Source: a virus. Taken from it: a DNA stretch of 17,896 nucleotides. The notes under the pieces are model-generated. The model ran no database searches and was not told where the DNA came from. It saw nothing but the letters and a program-made list of their open reading frames with translations. Positions 1 to 7,168 of this stretch are shown here, one piece after another (the first letter of the stretch is position 1; each line of letters starts with the position of its first letter). A program made the translations under genes and the position numbers. The stretch lies in UHGV virus genome UHGV-0103875; one strand, written 5' to 3'.

Positions 1-298
1 CGCGCGTTGTTTCCGGTATATCGACTTTGATGTACGGGTTAATTTGTCTGGCGACAGTGGCAAGATCTTTATTCAGGAGGGCTTTGCATTCTGCTTCGGT
101 ATACGTTTTACCGAGCATGATGTCTTTTCCGGTGTGTCCGTGACATACAGTCCATACGCCAACGATATCTTTGTATGGTATGTAGCTGACACCTTCCAGG
201 CCATCGTCACCACTCGGACCAGTGATGAGCACAGACGCTATGGCAACAGCCCCACCACCAATAGCAGCAGCAACAGCCTTGCGTAATGATGGCGACAT
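1..298 (-). CDS. R: SAR endolysin (phage-21 R-type lysozyme), N-terminal part; gene continues beyond the window start
   Basis: Minus-strand translation from ATG at 298..296 reads [79 protein letters not shown]... with no stop down to position 2. Gly/Ala-rich N-terminal signal-anchor-release segment followed by a lysozyme catalytic region matches remembered phage 21 R. Start overlaps the S stop (TAATG). Confidence 0.85.
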   Translation of the reverse strand, partial: MSPSLRKAVAAAIGGGAVAIASVLITGPSGDDGLEGVSYIPYKDIVGVWTVCHGHTGKDIMLGKTYTEAECKALLNKDLATVARQINPYIKVDIPETTR

Positions 299-513
299 TA
301 TTCACCTCTCGCAGCCTTACGCTTGTCTTCTCTGATTTTGAAATACAGATTTGTCAGATAAGTGAGAAAACCCAACACAAGGCTTCCAAGCACTCCAATC
401 GCAGCCCACTGTGACGGACTGACCTGATCCAACCACTGCAAAAACCAGTATCCTGCACTACCAGCAGATGTTCCGTAGGCAATGCCAGTTGAGATTTTGT
501 CCATTGATTTCAT
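298..513 (-). CDS. S: Pinholin/antiholin S (phage-21 S21 type), dual-start motif: 71-aa form from 513, 68-aa form from 504
   Basis: ORF translates [71 protein letters not shown]. The M-K-S-M start gives two in-frame initiation codons as in S21 71/68. Two hydrophobic segments. GGAGG RBS upstream. Sits immediately 5' of the endolysin. Confidence 0.9.
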   Translation of the reverse strand: MKSMDKISTGIAYGTSAGSAGYWFLQWLDQVSPSQWAAIGVLGSLVLGFLTYLTNLYFKIREDKRKAARGE

Positions 514-561
514 AGCAACGCCTCCGCCAGTAACGGATTGCGTAGTTCTTATATTGGGAAG

Positions 562-625
562 GGAGAAAAAGAAGGCCGTAGCATAACTATCACTGATGAG
601 TTCAGGATAGCCAGTGGCTACGGCT
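562..625 (-). terminator. Candidate intrinsic terminator or structured element between the tRNA cluster and S (possible tR'-like)
   Basis: Minus strand reads GCCGTAGC-(34 nt containing nested CACTG...CAGTG)-GCTACGGC followed by CTTCTTTTTCTCCC. 8-bp outer stem plus pyrimidine/T-rich tail. No CCA, and too short and mis-proportioned to be a tRNA. Confidence 0.35.
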
Positions 626-631
626 CAGTTT

Positions 632-707
632 TGGTGCTGGTTAACGGACTTGACCCGCTACCAATTCGCTTACAAGGCGACCGCTCTACCATTGGAGCTA
701 AACCAGC
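632..707 (-). tRNA. tRNA, anticodon UGU (Thr-type by anticodon)
   Basis: Minus strand: GCTGGTT-TA-GCTC-CAATGGTA-GAGC-G-GTCGC-CTTGTAA-GCGAA-TTGGT-AGCGG-GTCAAGT-CCGTT-AACCAGC-A-CCA. Perfect 7-bp acceptor stem, D-arm with GG, anticodon loop CUUGUAA, encoded CCA. Atypical G at position 54 of the T-loop. Confidence 0.6.
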
Positions 708-712
708 ATGTT

Positions 713-787
713 TGGCGGGACAGCGTGGACTCGAACCACGATAAGAAGGTTAACAGCCTTCCGTAATGACCTTTATACGACTGACCC
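713..787 (-). tRNA. tRNA, anticodon GUU (Asn-type by anticodon)
   Basis: Minus strand: GGGTCAG-TC-GTAT-AAAGGTCA-TTAC-G-GAAGG-CTGTTAA-CCTTC-TTAT-CGTGG-TTCGAGT-CCACG-CTGTCCC-G-CCA. Canonical T-arm GGTTCGAGTCC, anticodon loop CUGUUAA as in E. coli tRNA-Asn, encoded CCA. One U:U mismatch at acceptor pair 4:69. Confidence 0.65.
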
Positions 788-790
788 AAA

Positions 791-835
791 TAAAAAAAAG
801 CCACCGTTGCAACTTAAGAGTCACTAACGGCAGCT
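791..835 (-). terminator. Candidate rho-independent terminator directly downstream of Q (possible tR'-like)
   Basis: Minus strand GCCGTT-(17-nt loop containing CTTAAG)-AACGGTGGC followed by a run of 8 T (plus strand AAAAAAAAG at 791-799). Lies between the Q stop (852) and the first tRNA. Confidence 0.4.
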
Positions 836-851
836 TACCTTCTAATTATGG

Positions 852-1370
852 CTAAATGGATAATTGCATGTCAAGGCTTTTAACAGCAACATGCTTAACT
901 TTCTCAACACGTTTACGCATTTTGAAAGCATTTTGCATTGGCTGGTACAAAACAAATAACGACGCTTTCAGGATGTCGTCAATTTCGTTTCTACAGGTTG
1001 CCAGTGAAGGTTTTCTCCATCCCTCGCCACCACGTCCACACATCTTGCGTGGCTTTGCAGTCGCGTGATAGTAGGATGCAATTGCTCGCTTAGATGAACC
1101 ATGAGCGTAGTAGCTGAGGAGGATGCCAAAGGCTTTCTTGTCAATGTACATGACGGAATCGACGACCTGAGAAATCAACATTCCATCATCATCATTACAC
1201 ATTGGCCTTGTCATAACTCTTCCCGGCTCTACGCTCTCCATGAACTTCGCTATTACGCTGCTCATGCGCTTTTCCAGACGACCTGAATAAACCCATGCGC
1301 CCCACAGTTCAAGCCAGCCATTCAGCCACTCGTGCTGCTCTTTGGTGAGGTTTAGTTCTCTTATGCTCAT
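852..1370 (-). CDS. Q: Late-gene antitermination protein Q (phage 21/82 Q family, not lambda Q)
   Basis: 172-aa ORF with motifs WLELWGAW and RPMCNDDDGMLI that match the remembered Q21-type pattern (WGAW ... RPxCxDDDxMxI). Located after ninH and before the lysis cassette. ATGA overlap with the ninH stop. Confidence 0.7.
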   Translation of the reverse strand: MSIRELNLTKEQHEWLNGWLELWGAWVYSGRLEKRMSSVIAKFMESVEPGRVMTRPMCNDDDGMLISQVVDSVMYIDKKAFGILLSYYAHGSSKRAIASYYHATAKPRKMCGRGGEGWRKPSLATCRNEIDDILKASLFVLYQPMQNAFKMRKRVEKVKHVAVKSLDMQLSI

Positions 1371-1555
1371 CGTCTTCCTCTCTTGCCCTGTTTGACCATC
1401 AGGACGCCGTTAACTATTACGTGACGCTCGCCTTTGCTGTCTCGGTTGTACTTGAGCACTGTTCCTCTTGCACAGGAAAGCATCCTCGCCACTTCGGTCT
1501 GATTGCCTCGTGTCTGGATAAGAAGCTCTGGTATCGTTTGAATTGTGGCGTTCAT
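1367..1555 (-). CDS. ninH: NinH-like protein
   Basis: 62 aa; TIPELLIQTRGNQTEVARMLSCARGTVLKYNRD resembles lambda NinH (…GNQTEVARRLKCSRGTVRKY…). ATGA-coupled to rusA upstream and Q downstream. Confidence 0.75.
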   Translation of the reverse strand: MNATIQTIPELLIQTRGNQTEVARMLSCARGTVLKYNRDSKGERHVIVNGVLMVKQGKRGRR

Positions 1556-1914
1556 ACGTTCTCCAGTTCGGTGATTTTTATTCCAAGCCTTCCGCCTGGT
1601 ACTTTCACACCACGAATTACGCGAATGTCATCGAATTGCTCGTCGTCTTCCGCAAATCCGGCGTGGATAAGGGAGTCGAGTAAACCTTTCAGGATGTTGT
1701 CGAGGTCGCGGCGGCGGGAGTCTGGAACGTCTGCGATGACTTTGATGCGGAGTCGTGATTTGGTGAAAATGTCTAACTTAAGTTGGCGGATGATTTGCTG
1801 AACGTCTTTTCGGTATTTCTGGCCTTTATCGCTTATGTAATATTGGCTTCCCCGTCTTCGCCAGTAGGTATTCACCGACAGCGGGTATGGAAGCACAAAC
1901 TGATATTCGTTCAT
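1552..1914 (-). CDS. rusA: RusA-family Holliday junction resolvase
   Basis: 120 aa; RRRDLDNILKGLLDSL and C-terminal GGRLGIKITE match the RusA catalytic-core pattern (RRRDLDN..K, GGRL). Typical nin-region position. Confidence 0.85.
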   Translation of the reverse strand: MNEYQFVLPYPLSVNTYWRRRGSQYYISDKGQKYRKDVQQIIRQLKLDIFTKSRLRIKVIADVPDSRRRDLDNILKGLLDSLIHAGFAEDDEQFDDIRVIRGVKVPGGRLGIKITELENV

Positions 1915-2201
1915 GACTTAATCTTCCCCTCCTTCAGCAGTATCGCCTGCGTCCTGATTACGCCTTCGAGGTGGTAAAGTCTGGCGTCTTTGTTGTCGAG
2001 ATTATGGGTGCGTCGGTCGATTTCATCGTGGCAGTCACTACAAGCCCATGCGCCGATCAGGTCGTCAGGTTTCATTCCCGTTCCGCAAATTCCAGCCATC
2101 CGGTAATGTGCCAGAACTGTAGTTTCAGGATTACCATTGCATACGCCGTAAATACGTACCTGGCATTCTCTGCCGCGTGCTTCTTTGCGTAGGTTAGCCA
2201 T
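1911..2201 (-). CDS. YbcO-like (DUF1364-type) Cys/His-rich nin-region protein, putative nuclease
   Basis: 96 aa with conserved Cys/His (CQVRIYGVCNG ... CSDCHDEIDRR) resembling the remembered DLP12 YbcO. ATGA overlap with rusA. Confidence 0.55.
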   Translation of the reverse strand: MANLRKEARGRECQVRIYGVCNGNPETTVLAHYRMAGICGTGMKPDDLIGAWACSDCHDEIDRRTHNLDNKDARLYHLEGVIRTQAILLKEGKIKS

Positions 2202-2923
2202 TAAGCAGCCTCCCCGGTTACTTTCAGCATCCCGTTATCGAGCAGCTTTCTGGTCAGCCACTGTTGACCACGCCCGGTGATTTTTGTGGTGAACGATATC
2301 TGTATTCCGTGATTTGTGTTGACCGCTGTTTCTTTCACTGTGAAATAGCCGCGATCCATATATTCCTGCATTGGCACATTGCGCCGGGAACCTGAAGCAA
2401 TTAGGATTTTGTGATCGCGCATCCACGCAAACAGCTTGTTCGGACCAATACCGACAACCTTTGCAAAGTTTCCAATCAAAATTCCGCTGGCCTCGCCAAC
2501 GCGATCGGCAAACTCAACTTTAGGTGCGGCAATTGCGAGCTGGTTTTCCAGTTGCATTTTCTGCTCAGCAAGATCAGCAGCAAGGCGCAACGCTTCCGGT
2601 AGCGTTTTGGGGATATTAACCGCAGCTTCTTCAAGCTCTCGCCAGCGGTCAACAAGGCGAGCGGTGAACTCTGGCGACAACTGGGCGACAACGACAATAC
2701 TGTCTCGCTTACCTTGTTCGCCCTCGAAGACGTAATGCTCGTACTGAACATTGAACCCTAAGTTATTGATTCTTTCGGAAACCTCAATTTGAGGAAGCCG
2801 GATAACACCATTTTTAGCCAGCGTTTCGATGGTACGTTTCACATTGTCATGACGCTTACCCACCAACTCAGCGATTTCAATGCTTGTCATTTTGATGGCA
2901 TTGCCATTTATTAACTCATTCAT
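2201..2923 (-). CDS. Rha-family regulator / KilAC-domain antirepressor-like protein (alternative start at 2890)
   Basis: 240 aa. N-terminus SIEIAELVGKRHDNVKRTIETL is Rha-like HTH; C-terminal half (…GNFAKVVGIGPNKLFAWMRDHKIL…) resembles the KilA-C/Ant domain. RBS GAGGAAGAAG precedes ATG at 2923. Overlaps the ninF stop. Confidence 0.65.
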   Translation of the reverse strand: MNELINGNAIKMTSIEIAELVGKRHDNVKRTIETLAKNGVIRLPQIEVSERINNLGFNVQYEHYVFEGEQGKRDSIVVVAQLSPEFTARLVDRWRELEEAAVNIPKTLPEALRLAADLAEQKMQLENQLAIAAPKVEFADRVGEASGILIGNFAKVVGIGPNKLFAWMRDHKILIASGSRRNVPMQEYMDRGYFTVKETAVNTNHGIQISFTTKITGRGQQWLTRKLLDNGMLKVTGEAA

Positions 2924-3092
2924 CGTCTTCTTCCTCGTACATTGAGCTATTCGGATCGCTCATCAGTTCTGTACAGCACGCTTCACATACATGAACTTCC
3001 AGCACATGCAGCTTCTGACCGCAGTTAGCGCACGTTAAAGCCCGCTCGACGCTTTCTTTCTGGTATTGGAGGGATTGGGATGGGATAAGCAT
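2916..3092 (-). CDS. ninF: NinF
   Basis: 58-aa product [58 protein letters not shown], near-identical to remembered lambda NinF. The ORF-track extension upstream is not needed. Confidence 0.85.
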   Translation of the reverse strand: MLIPSQSLQYQKESVERALTCANCGQKLHVLEVHVCEACCTELMSDPNSSMYEEEDDE

Positions 3093-3492
3093 GGCTTTCA
3101 CCATTAAAAAGTCGCTTGTAAGCATCAATGTCTCGTTTTGCTTCACCAAGCTTTCGTCTTAATTCCATGTTTTCTGATTCAAGCTTTTCCATGTCTTGCT
3201 GGTATCGATCGCGGTGTTCTTTCCATGCTTTTTGATACGCCTTCATGTATGTCATGTTGGCCTTTCTCTTTGCCTGACGAACTGCGTGGTGGTTTTTAAC
3301 AAACCAGTCAGGGTCGTTAAATGCTGCTCTGGCGCATGTATACCAATAATTTGTTGCCTCCCTGTTTAGCCAATAAATACTGATAAATGGCAACCGGATA
3401 GACACCATTTTTCGTTGTGACTCTTTCTCGCCAAACATGTGCCCTTTTTTGATGCTAAGGCCAAATCCAGGTTGAATTAAAAGCATTGTCAT
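3025..3492 (-). CDS. Hypothetical nin-region protein (155 aa), proline-rich C-terminus
   Basis: ATG at 3492..3490 overlaps the ninE stop (ATGA). Product [11 protein letters not shown]…[21 protein letters not shown]. Overlaps the ninF start by about 68 nt in another frame. No family recognised. Confidence 0.45.
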   Translation of the reverse strand: MTMLLIQPGFGLSIKKGHMFGEKESQRKMVSIRLPFISIYWLNREATNYWYTCARAAFNDPDWFVKNHHAVRQAKRKANMTYMKAYQKAWKEHRDRYQQDMEKLESENMELRRKLGEAKRDIDAYKRLFNGESHAYPIPIPPIPERKRRAGFNVR

Positions 3493-3665
3493 TTCCTCGC
3501 ACGATGTCTTAGCCACCGGATATCCCACAGGTGAGCCGTGTAGTTGAAGGTTTTTACGTCAGATTCTTTTGGGATTGGCTTGCGTTTATTTCTGGAGCGC
3601 TTCGTTGGAAGGTATTTGCAGTTTTCGCAGATGATGTCGGTGATACTTCGTCGCTGTCGTCTCAT
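3489..3665 (-). CDS. ninE: NinE
   Basis: [58 protein letters not shown] matches remembered lambda NinE. Start at internal ATG 3665, ATGA-coupled to the methyltransferase stop. Confidence 0.85.
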   Translation of the reverse strand: MRRQRRSITDIICENCKYLPTKRSRNKRKPIPKESDVKTFNYTAHLWDIRWLRHRARK

Positions 3666-4189
3666 GCTGCCCTCCTGACGCCCTGCCCGATCGCCATCAA
3701 TGCCGCTTTGGATACGGTAGTAAACATCCGTCGAGGACTGATGAACGGTCGCCAAATCAGCAGCATGGAACCTTTGCTGTTTCCCTTCTTCTCCAGCCCT
3801 GTCGATGGTTCGATAAAATTAATCCGTCCATCAGTGATGATGCGAACTTCGTCAACACTCTCCAGAGCCTTGCTGAACCATCCGACTGACATATCCTCTG
3901 GCACAAGCATAACTACCGTCTGTCGCTGTTGTATGCACTGCTCAGCGGCTTTTTCCACCCACGGCCTGATATTGCTGTACGGTGGGTTATTCCAGATTGC
4001 ACCGTGGCTTATCCACTCAGAATTTAGCGCGTCGTCGGCCTCAGTTAACCAGTGAGCGCACAGAGCATTTTTGTCGCTCGCTGCCGAATCCAGCCAGAAT
4101 CCAAACTCAATATCCAGTGCATCAAAAAGCCAAAGCGGCGTTTGCCAGCAGTCCTTGTCGTGTGCTGGCGTATTTGATTTGATAGTCAT
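3662..4189 (-). CDS. Phage DNA N6-adenine methyltransferase (Dam-like, NPPY motif)
   Basis: 175 aa from ATG 4189. Contains the catalytic motif IWNNPPYS and N-terminal [16 protein letters not shown] typical of phage Dam-family MTases. ATGA-coupled to ninB upstream and ninE downstream. Confidence 0.75.
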   Translation of the reverse strand: MTIKSNTPAHDKDCWQTPLWLFDALDIEFGFWLDSAASDKNALCAHWLTEADDALNSEWISHGAIWNNPPYSNIRPWVEKAAEQCIQQRQTVVMLVPEDMSVGWFSKALESVDEVRIITDGRINFIEPSTGLEKKGNSKGSMLLIWRPFISPRRMFTTVSKAALMAIGQGVRRAA

Positions 4190-4626
4190 GCAGCCCGATC
4201 TCCCCATCGCGCTTTCCATTCGAGAGCTAGTCGCGCTTCGTCTGACCACTTAACGCCACGCTCTGTACCGAATGCCTGTATAAGCTCTAATAGCTCCGCA
4301 AATTCGCTTACACGCATCCTGCTGGTTGACTGGCCTATTACCACAAAGCCATTCCCGGCAAGGTTAGGAACAACGTCCTGCTGCTTTAATGCTGCGGTAA
4401 ACACACACTTCCAGCTTTCTGCATCCAGCCAGCGACCATGCCATTCAACCTGACGAGAGACGTCACCAAGGCAAGCCCAAAGCTTTCGATTCTGGTCTAA
4501 GCTGCGGTTGCGTTCCTGAATGGTTACTACGATTGGTTTGGTTGGGTCTGGAAGAATTTGCTGTACTGCGTGAATAGCGTTTTGCTGATGTGCTGGAGAT
4601 CGAATTTCAAAGGTTAGTTTTTTCAT
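4186..4626 (-). CDS. ninB: NinB (Orf-family recombination mediator)
   Basis: From ATG 4626: MKKLTFEIRSPAHQQNAIHAVQQILPDPTKPIVVTIQERNRSLDQNRKLWACLGDVSRQVEWHGRW…, essentially lambda NinB. RBS GGGGGAGAGGG upstream. Confidence 0.9.
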   Translation of the reverse strand: MKKLTFEIRSPAHQQNAIHAVQQILPDPTKPIVVTIQERNRSLDQNRKLWACLGDVSRQVEWHGRWLDAESWKCVFTAALKQQDVVPNLAGNGFVVIGQSTSRMRVSEFAELLELIQAFGTERGVKWSDEARLALEWKARWGDRAA

Positions 4627-4641
4627 GACTTCCCTCTCCCC

Positions 4642-4673
4642 CAAATAAAAAGGCCTGCGATTACCAGCAGGCC
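4642..4673 (-). terminator. Rho-independent terminator between helicase and ninB (tR2-like position)
   Basis: Minus strand AGGCCTGC-TGGTAATC-GCAGGCCT followed by TTTTTATTTG. Perfect 8-bp GC-rich stem plus T-run. Confidence 0.6.
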
Positions 4674-4702
4674 TGTTATTAGCTCAGTGATGTAGATGGT
4701 CA

Positions 4703-7168
4703 TCAGAATCCTCCTTTCTTCTTGGATTGCGGTTCCTCGCGTTCACGGCGGCGCATTTCAGCAGACTGTTGGTCTGTGTCATAAATAGCGCCATTTGCCT
4801 GAATGCAATACACCGTGCCGGTATTGCCATGACGATTGAGACGAAGGATTAGTTCGGTTTCACCAGGTGGAACACTGTCATCAAAAGCACCTTCACGATG
4901 GATCCCCACCCAATAATCGCAATCCTGTTCAATCTGCCCTGTATCTCGTGAGTCACTTGGTAATGGGCGTTTATTGGTTCGGCTTTCCAGTGCGCGGTTA
5001 AGCTGTGTCAGAAGCACAACAACGCAATCAAGCTCTTTGGCAAGGTTCTTCAGTCCTTTGGTGATCATGCCGTAAGCAAGGTCGTTGCGATCGGCCTTTT
5101 CAGCGGTCATTAGTGTCAGGTAATCGACCAGAATCATGCCAACACATCCTTTTTCTCGCTTGATTCGACGGCTTTCGCTGACGATTTGAGCCAGAGATAA
5201 TCCCGGCGTGTCGTCGATGTAAAGCATGTCGATTTCACTCAAGCGATTGGCTGTTTCGATCGCCCTGTTGAAGTCACCATCGTAATCACCCTGATAGCCG
5301 TCATCAGCGTCATTTGTCGCCGGAAGGTAAAAAATATTCGGGTTAACACCAGACTTCTGCCCTACCAGTTTTTCCAGTATCTGGTCACCTGGCATTTCAA
5401 GGCTGAACATCAGAGCGGGCTTTTTCTCATGCACTGCGCAGTTGATTGCCATCTGGCTGTATAGCGTGGTGTTGTGGGTTAGAATGTATCCGTCAGTTGC
5501 ATACAAATGTCTCTCGTGGGATACCATGATGCAAATGCACTCTTCACGTCCAATATACTCAACCGACGTGATAACAGGCGCACTTGTTTTGATGCGTTTT
5601 GCAGTGAATTTTTGCTTCAGGCGTGGAGATTTTATGTGTGATAGAACCTCATCAGGCAACCTGATTGCGCAAATATGGGCATCCATACCTTTGCGCATTT
5701 CTCCCTTATAACTGAATTTCGGCTCCTGTTTGGTTGTCATACGACACACGCCACCAAGAGAATGCACCAGCCGCTTTACACCATCTGACAGGAACTTGCT
5801 TGCCGAGCTAAAGCGCAGGGCATTATTTCCTTCAACCCAACCATCGGTTTCAAGTAATCCGCATAGAACATCAATACGAGTTTGCTTATCAGCAGAAAAA
5901 ATAATATCCGGGATAATTTTAATCTCTGACATCCGGCCGTAGATACCAAGCCGTTGCATAACCCGCGTAAGAGATAATTTGCGGCTAAACTTGTGAGATA
6001 GGGAGTAATCGCAGCCAGAAACATGCCTGACTTCAATATCGTCACCCACTTCAGATCTTACTCGCTCAATGATGTATGGTTCCGTCATGCTGATTCGTGG
6101 CGTACCTGCAAGATTTCCATCGCCAAGTAACGCACCTAACAGCCATGGGCTAATCCCTAAATCAACAGGCAATCCGAAGTCACCGCTAATACCAGGAACA
6201 TGAATGCGGCTTTGATAGCGAACGCATTCCATCATGTCCCGTAGGCGGCAGGTGTCTACAACATCAACGCCACCGGTAATACGGTTACTATGAATTTCCC
6301 ACAAATGATCATCCGCGCAATCAACGGTTCTTCCGTCAGAGAACGTAACTCGGTAAATATCTCGCTCCCCTTGAGGAAAAACTCCAGACACGAATGATGG
6401 TTGTCCATCCACTGATGCTAGGGAATCTCCAACACATACGTCACGAAATGTTGTCCATGAACCATCAGCAAGCAAAATGCGTGAATTAAGCGGTTGCGCT
6501 TTCCCCATCTTAGGGCGAGCGCCAATGACGAACAGAGAGCCTTTCACCAGACCTTTCGGTGACAGCATCCTGTCCAGAGATGGGATCCCTGTGCTCATTC
6601 CTCGTTGTTCGCCTGACGGGTCAAATCGCTTCTCAAGGTCGCTAACCCAGTCTTCCATGACCTCACCAAATGAGCGAAGGCCGCGACGCGATCCGGTTTT
6701 TGCATGGTCTGTCAGTTGCGTGAAAATCGCCTGAATAGCTTCGTACTTCTGCGTCGCAGTCATTCCGTTGCGGGAATAGAGCAATTCCGTCGCTTCAGTC
6801 ATGCGGTTGATGGCGTAGCGTTCCATTGCGGTTTCGCGAACCTGCATTGCATAGGCAACGATGTTTGCGGCGCTTGCCGTGTTCTTTGCGATCTCAGCGA
6901 TATAAGCAAAACCGCCAACAGACGCCGTTAACGATTTACGCTCCAGTTCACCGAAAAGCGTCAGGCCATCTACTGGCTTTTGCTCCCGGTGCATTCTGGT
7001 TATTTCTTCGAAAAGGATTTTGTGTGGTCGGCTGTAAAATGAATCAGGCTTCAGCATCGCCAGAACTTTCTGGACGCGCTCACTGCTGTCATCATCCAGA
7101 AGCAATCCACCAATCACCGCCTGCTCTGCCTCGATGCTATGGGGCGGCGCATAAAAATTATCGGTCAT
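4703..7168 (-). CDS. DnaB-family replicative helicase (P22 gp12-like, replaces lambda P) interrupted by an intein; ORF track gives a GTG start at 7183, first ATG is at 7168
   Basis: N-terminus PPHSIEAEQAVIGGLLLDD…FYSRPHKILFEE…VGGFAYIAEIAKNTASAANI is colinear with remembered E. coli DnaB. Walker A GARPKMGK is split from TTLYSQMAINCAV…MFSLEMPG by 343 residues. C-terminal half has DnaB motifs (ILVDYLTLM, LTQLNRALESR, GQIEQDCDYW). Confidence 0.85.
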   Translation of the reverse strand: MTDNFYAPPHSIEAEQAVIGGLLLDDDSSERVQKVLAMLKPDSFYSRPHKILFEEITRMHREQKPVDGLTLFGELERKSLTASVGGFAYIAEIAKNTASAANIVAYAMQVRETAMERYAINRMTEATELLYSRNGMTATQKYEAIQAIFTQLTDHAKTGSRRGLRSFGEVMEDWVSDLEKRFDPSGEQRGMSTGIPSLDRMLSPKGLVKGSLFVIGARPKMGKAQPLNSRILLADGSWTTFRDVCVGDSLASVDGQPSFVSGVFPQGERDIYRVTFSDGRTVDCADDHLWEIHSNRITGGVDVVDTCRLRDMMECVRYQSRIHVPGISGDFGLPVDLGISPWLLGALLGDGNLAGTPRISMTEPYIIERVRSEVGDDIEVRHVSGCDYSLSHKFSRKLSLTRVMQRLGIYGRMSEIKIIPDIIFSADKQTRIDVLCGLLETDGWVEGNNALRFSSASKFLSDGVKRLVHSLGGVCRMTTKQEPKFSYKGEMRKGMDAHICAIRLPDEVLSHIKSPRLKQKFTAKRIKTSAPVITSVEYIGREECICIMVSHERHLYATDGYILTHNTTLYSQMAINCAVHEKKPALMFSLEMPGDQILEKLVGQKSGVNPNIFYLPATNDADDGYQGDYDGDFNRAIETANRLSEIDMLYIDDTPGLSLAQIVSESRRIKREKGCVGMILVDYLTLMTAEKADRNDLAYGMITKGLKNLAKELDCVVVLLTQLNRALESRTNKRPLPSDSRDTGQIEQDCDYWVGIHREGAFDDSVPPGETELILRLNRHGNTGTVYCIQANGAIYDTDQQSAEMRRREREEPQSKKKGGF
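5471..6499 (-). mobile_element. Intein (343 aa) with LAGLIDADG homing-endonuclease domain, inserted in the helicase P-loop; candidate class 3 (Ala1, W-C-T triad)
   Basis: Insert begins AQPLNSRILLADGSW immediately after GARPKMGK and ends …ATDGYILTHN followed by Thr (HN/T C-terminal splice junction). Two LAGLIDADG-type motifs inside (WLLGALLGDGNL and LCGLLETDGWV). Block B has …DDHLW, block F …CICIMV, block G GYILTHN, consistent with a Trp/Cys/Thr class 3 arrangement. Flanks rejoin to GARPKMGK-TT, restoring a canonical GKT P-loop. Confidence 0.75.

Noticed and set aside
44-286. Plus-strand 80-aa ORF
   Set aside because: Lies entirely antisense to the well-supported SAR endolysin reading frame; no RBS or recognisable product.
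513-632. Shiga-toxin or other large cargo between the tRNAs and S, as in Stx phages
   Set aside because: Only ~120 bp of non-coding hairpin sequence separates the tRNAs from S; no ORF is present.
538-744. Plus-strand 68-aa ORF
   Set aside because: Overlaps the two minus-strand tRNA genes and the hairpin; it is a translation of structured RNA sequence.
1421-1801. Plus-strand 126-aa ORF
   Set aside because: Antisense to ninH and rusA, which have clear family signatures; its Ser/Cys-rich product is not credible.
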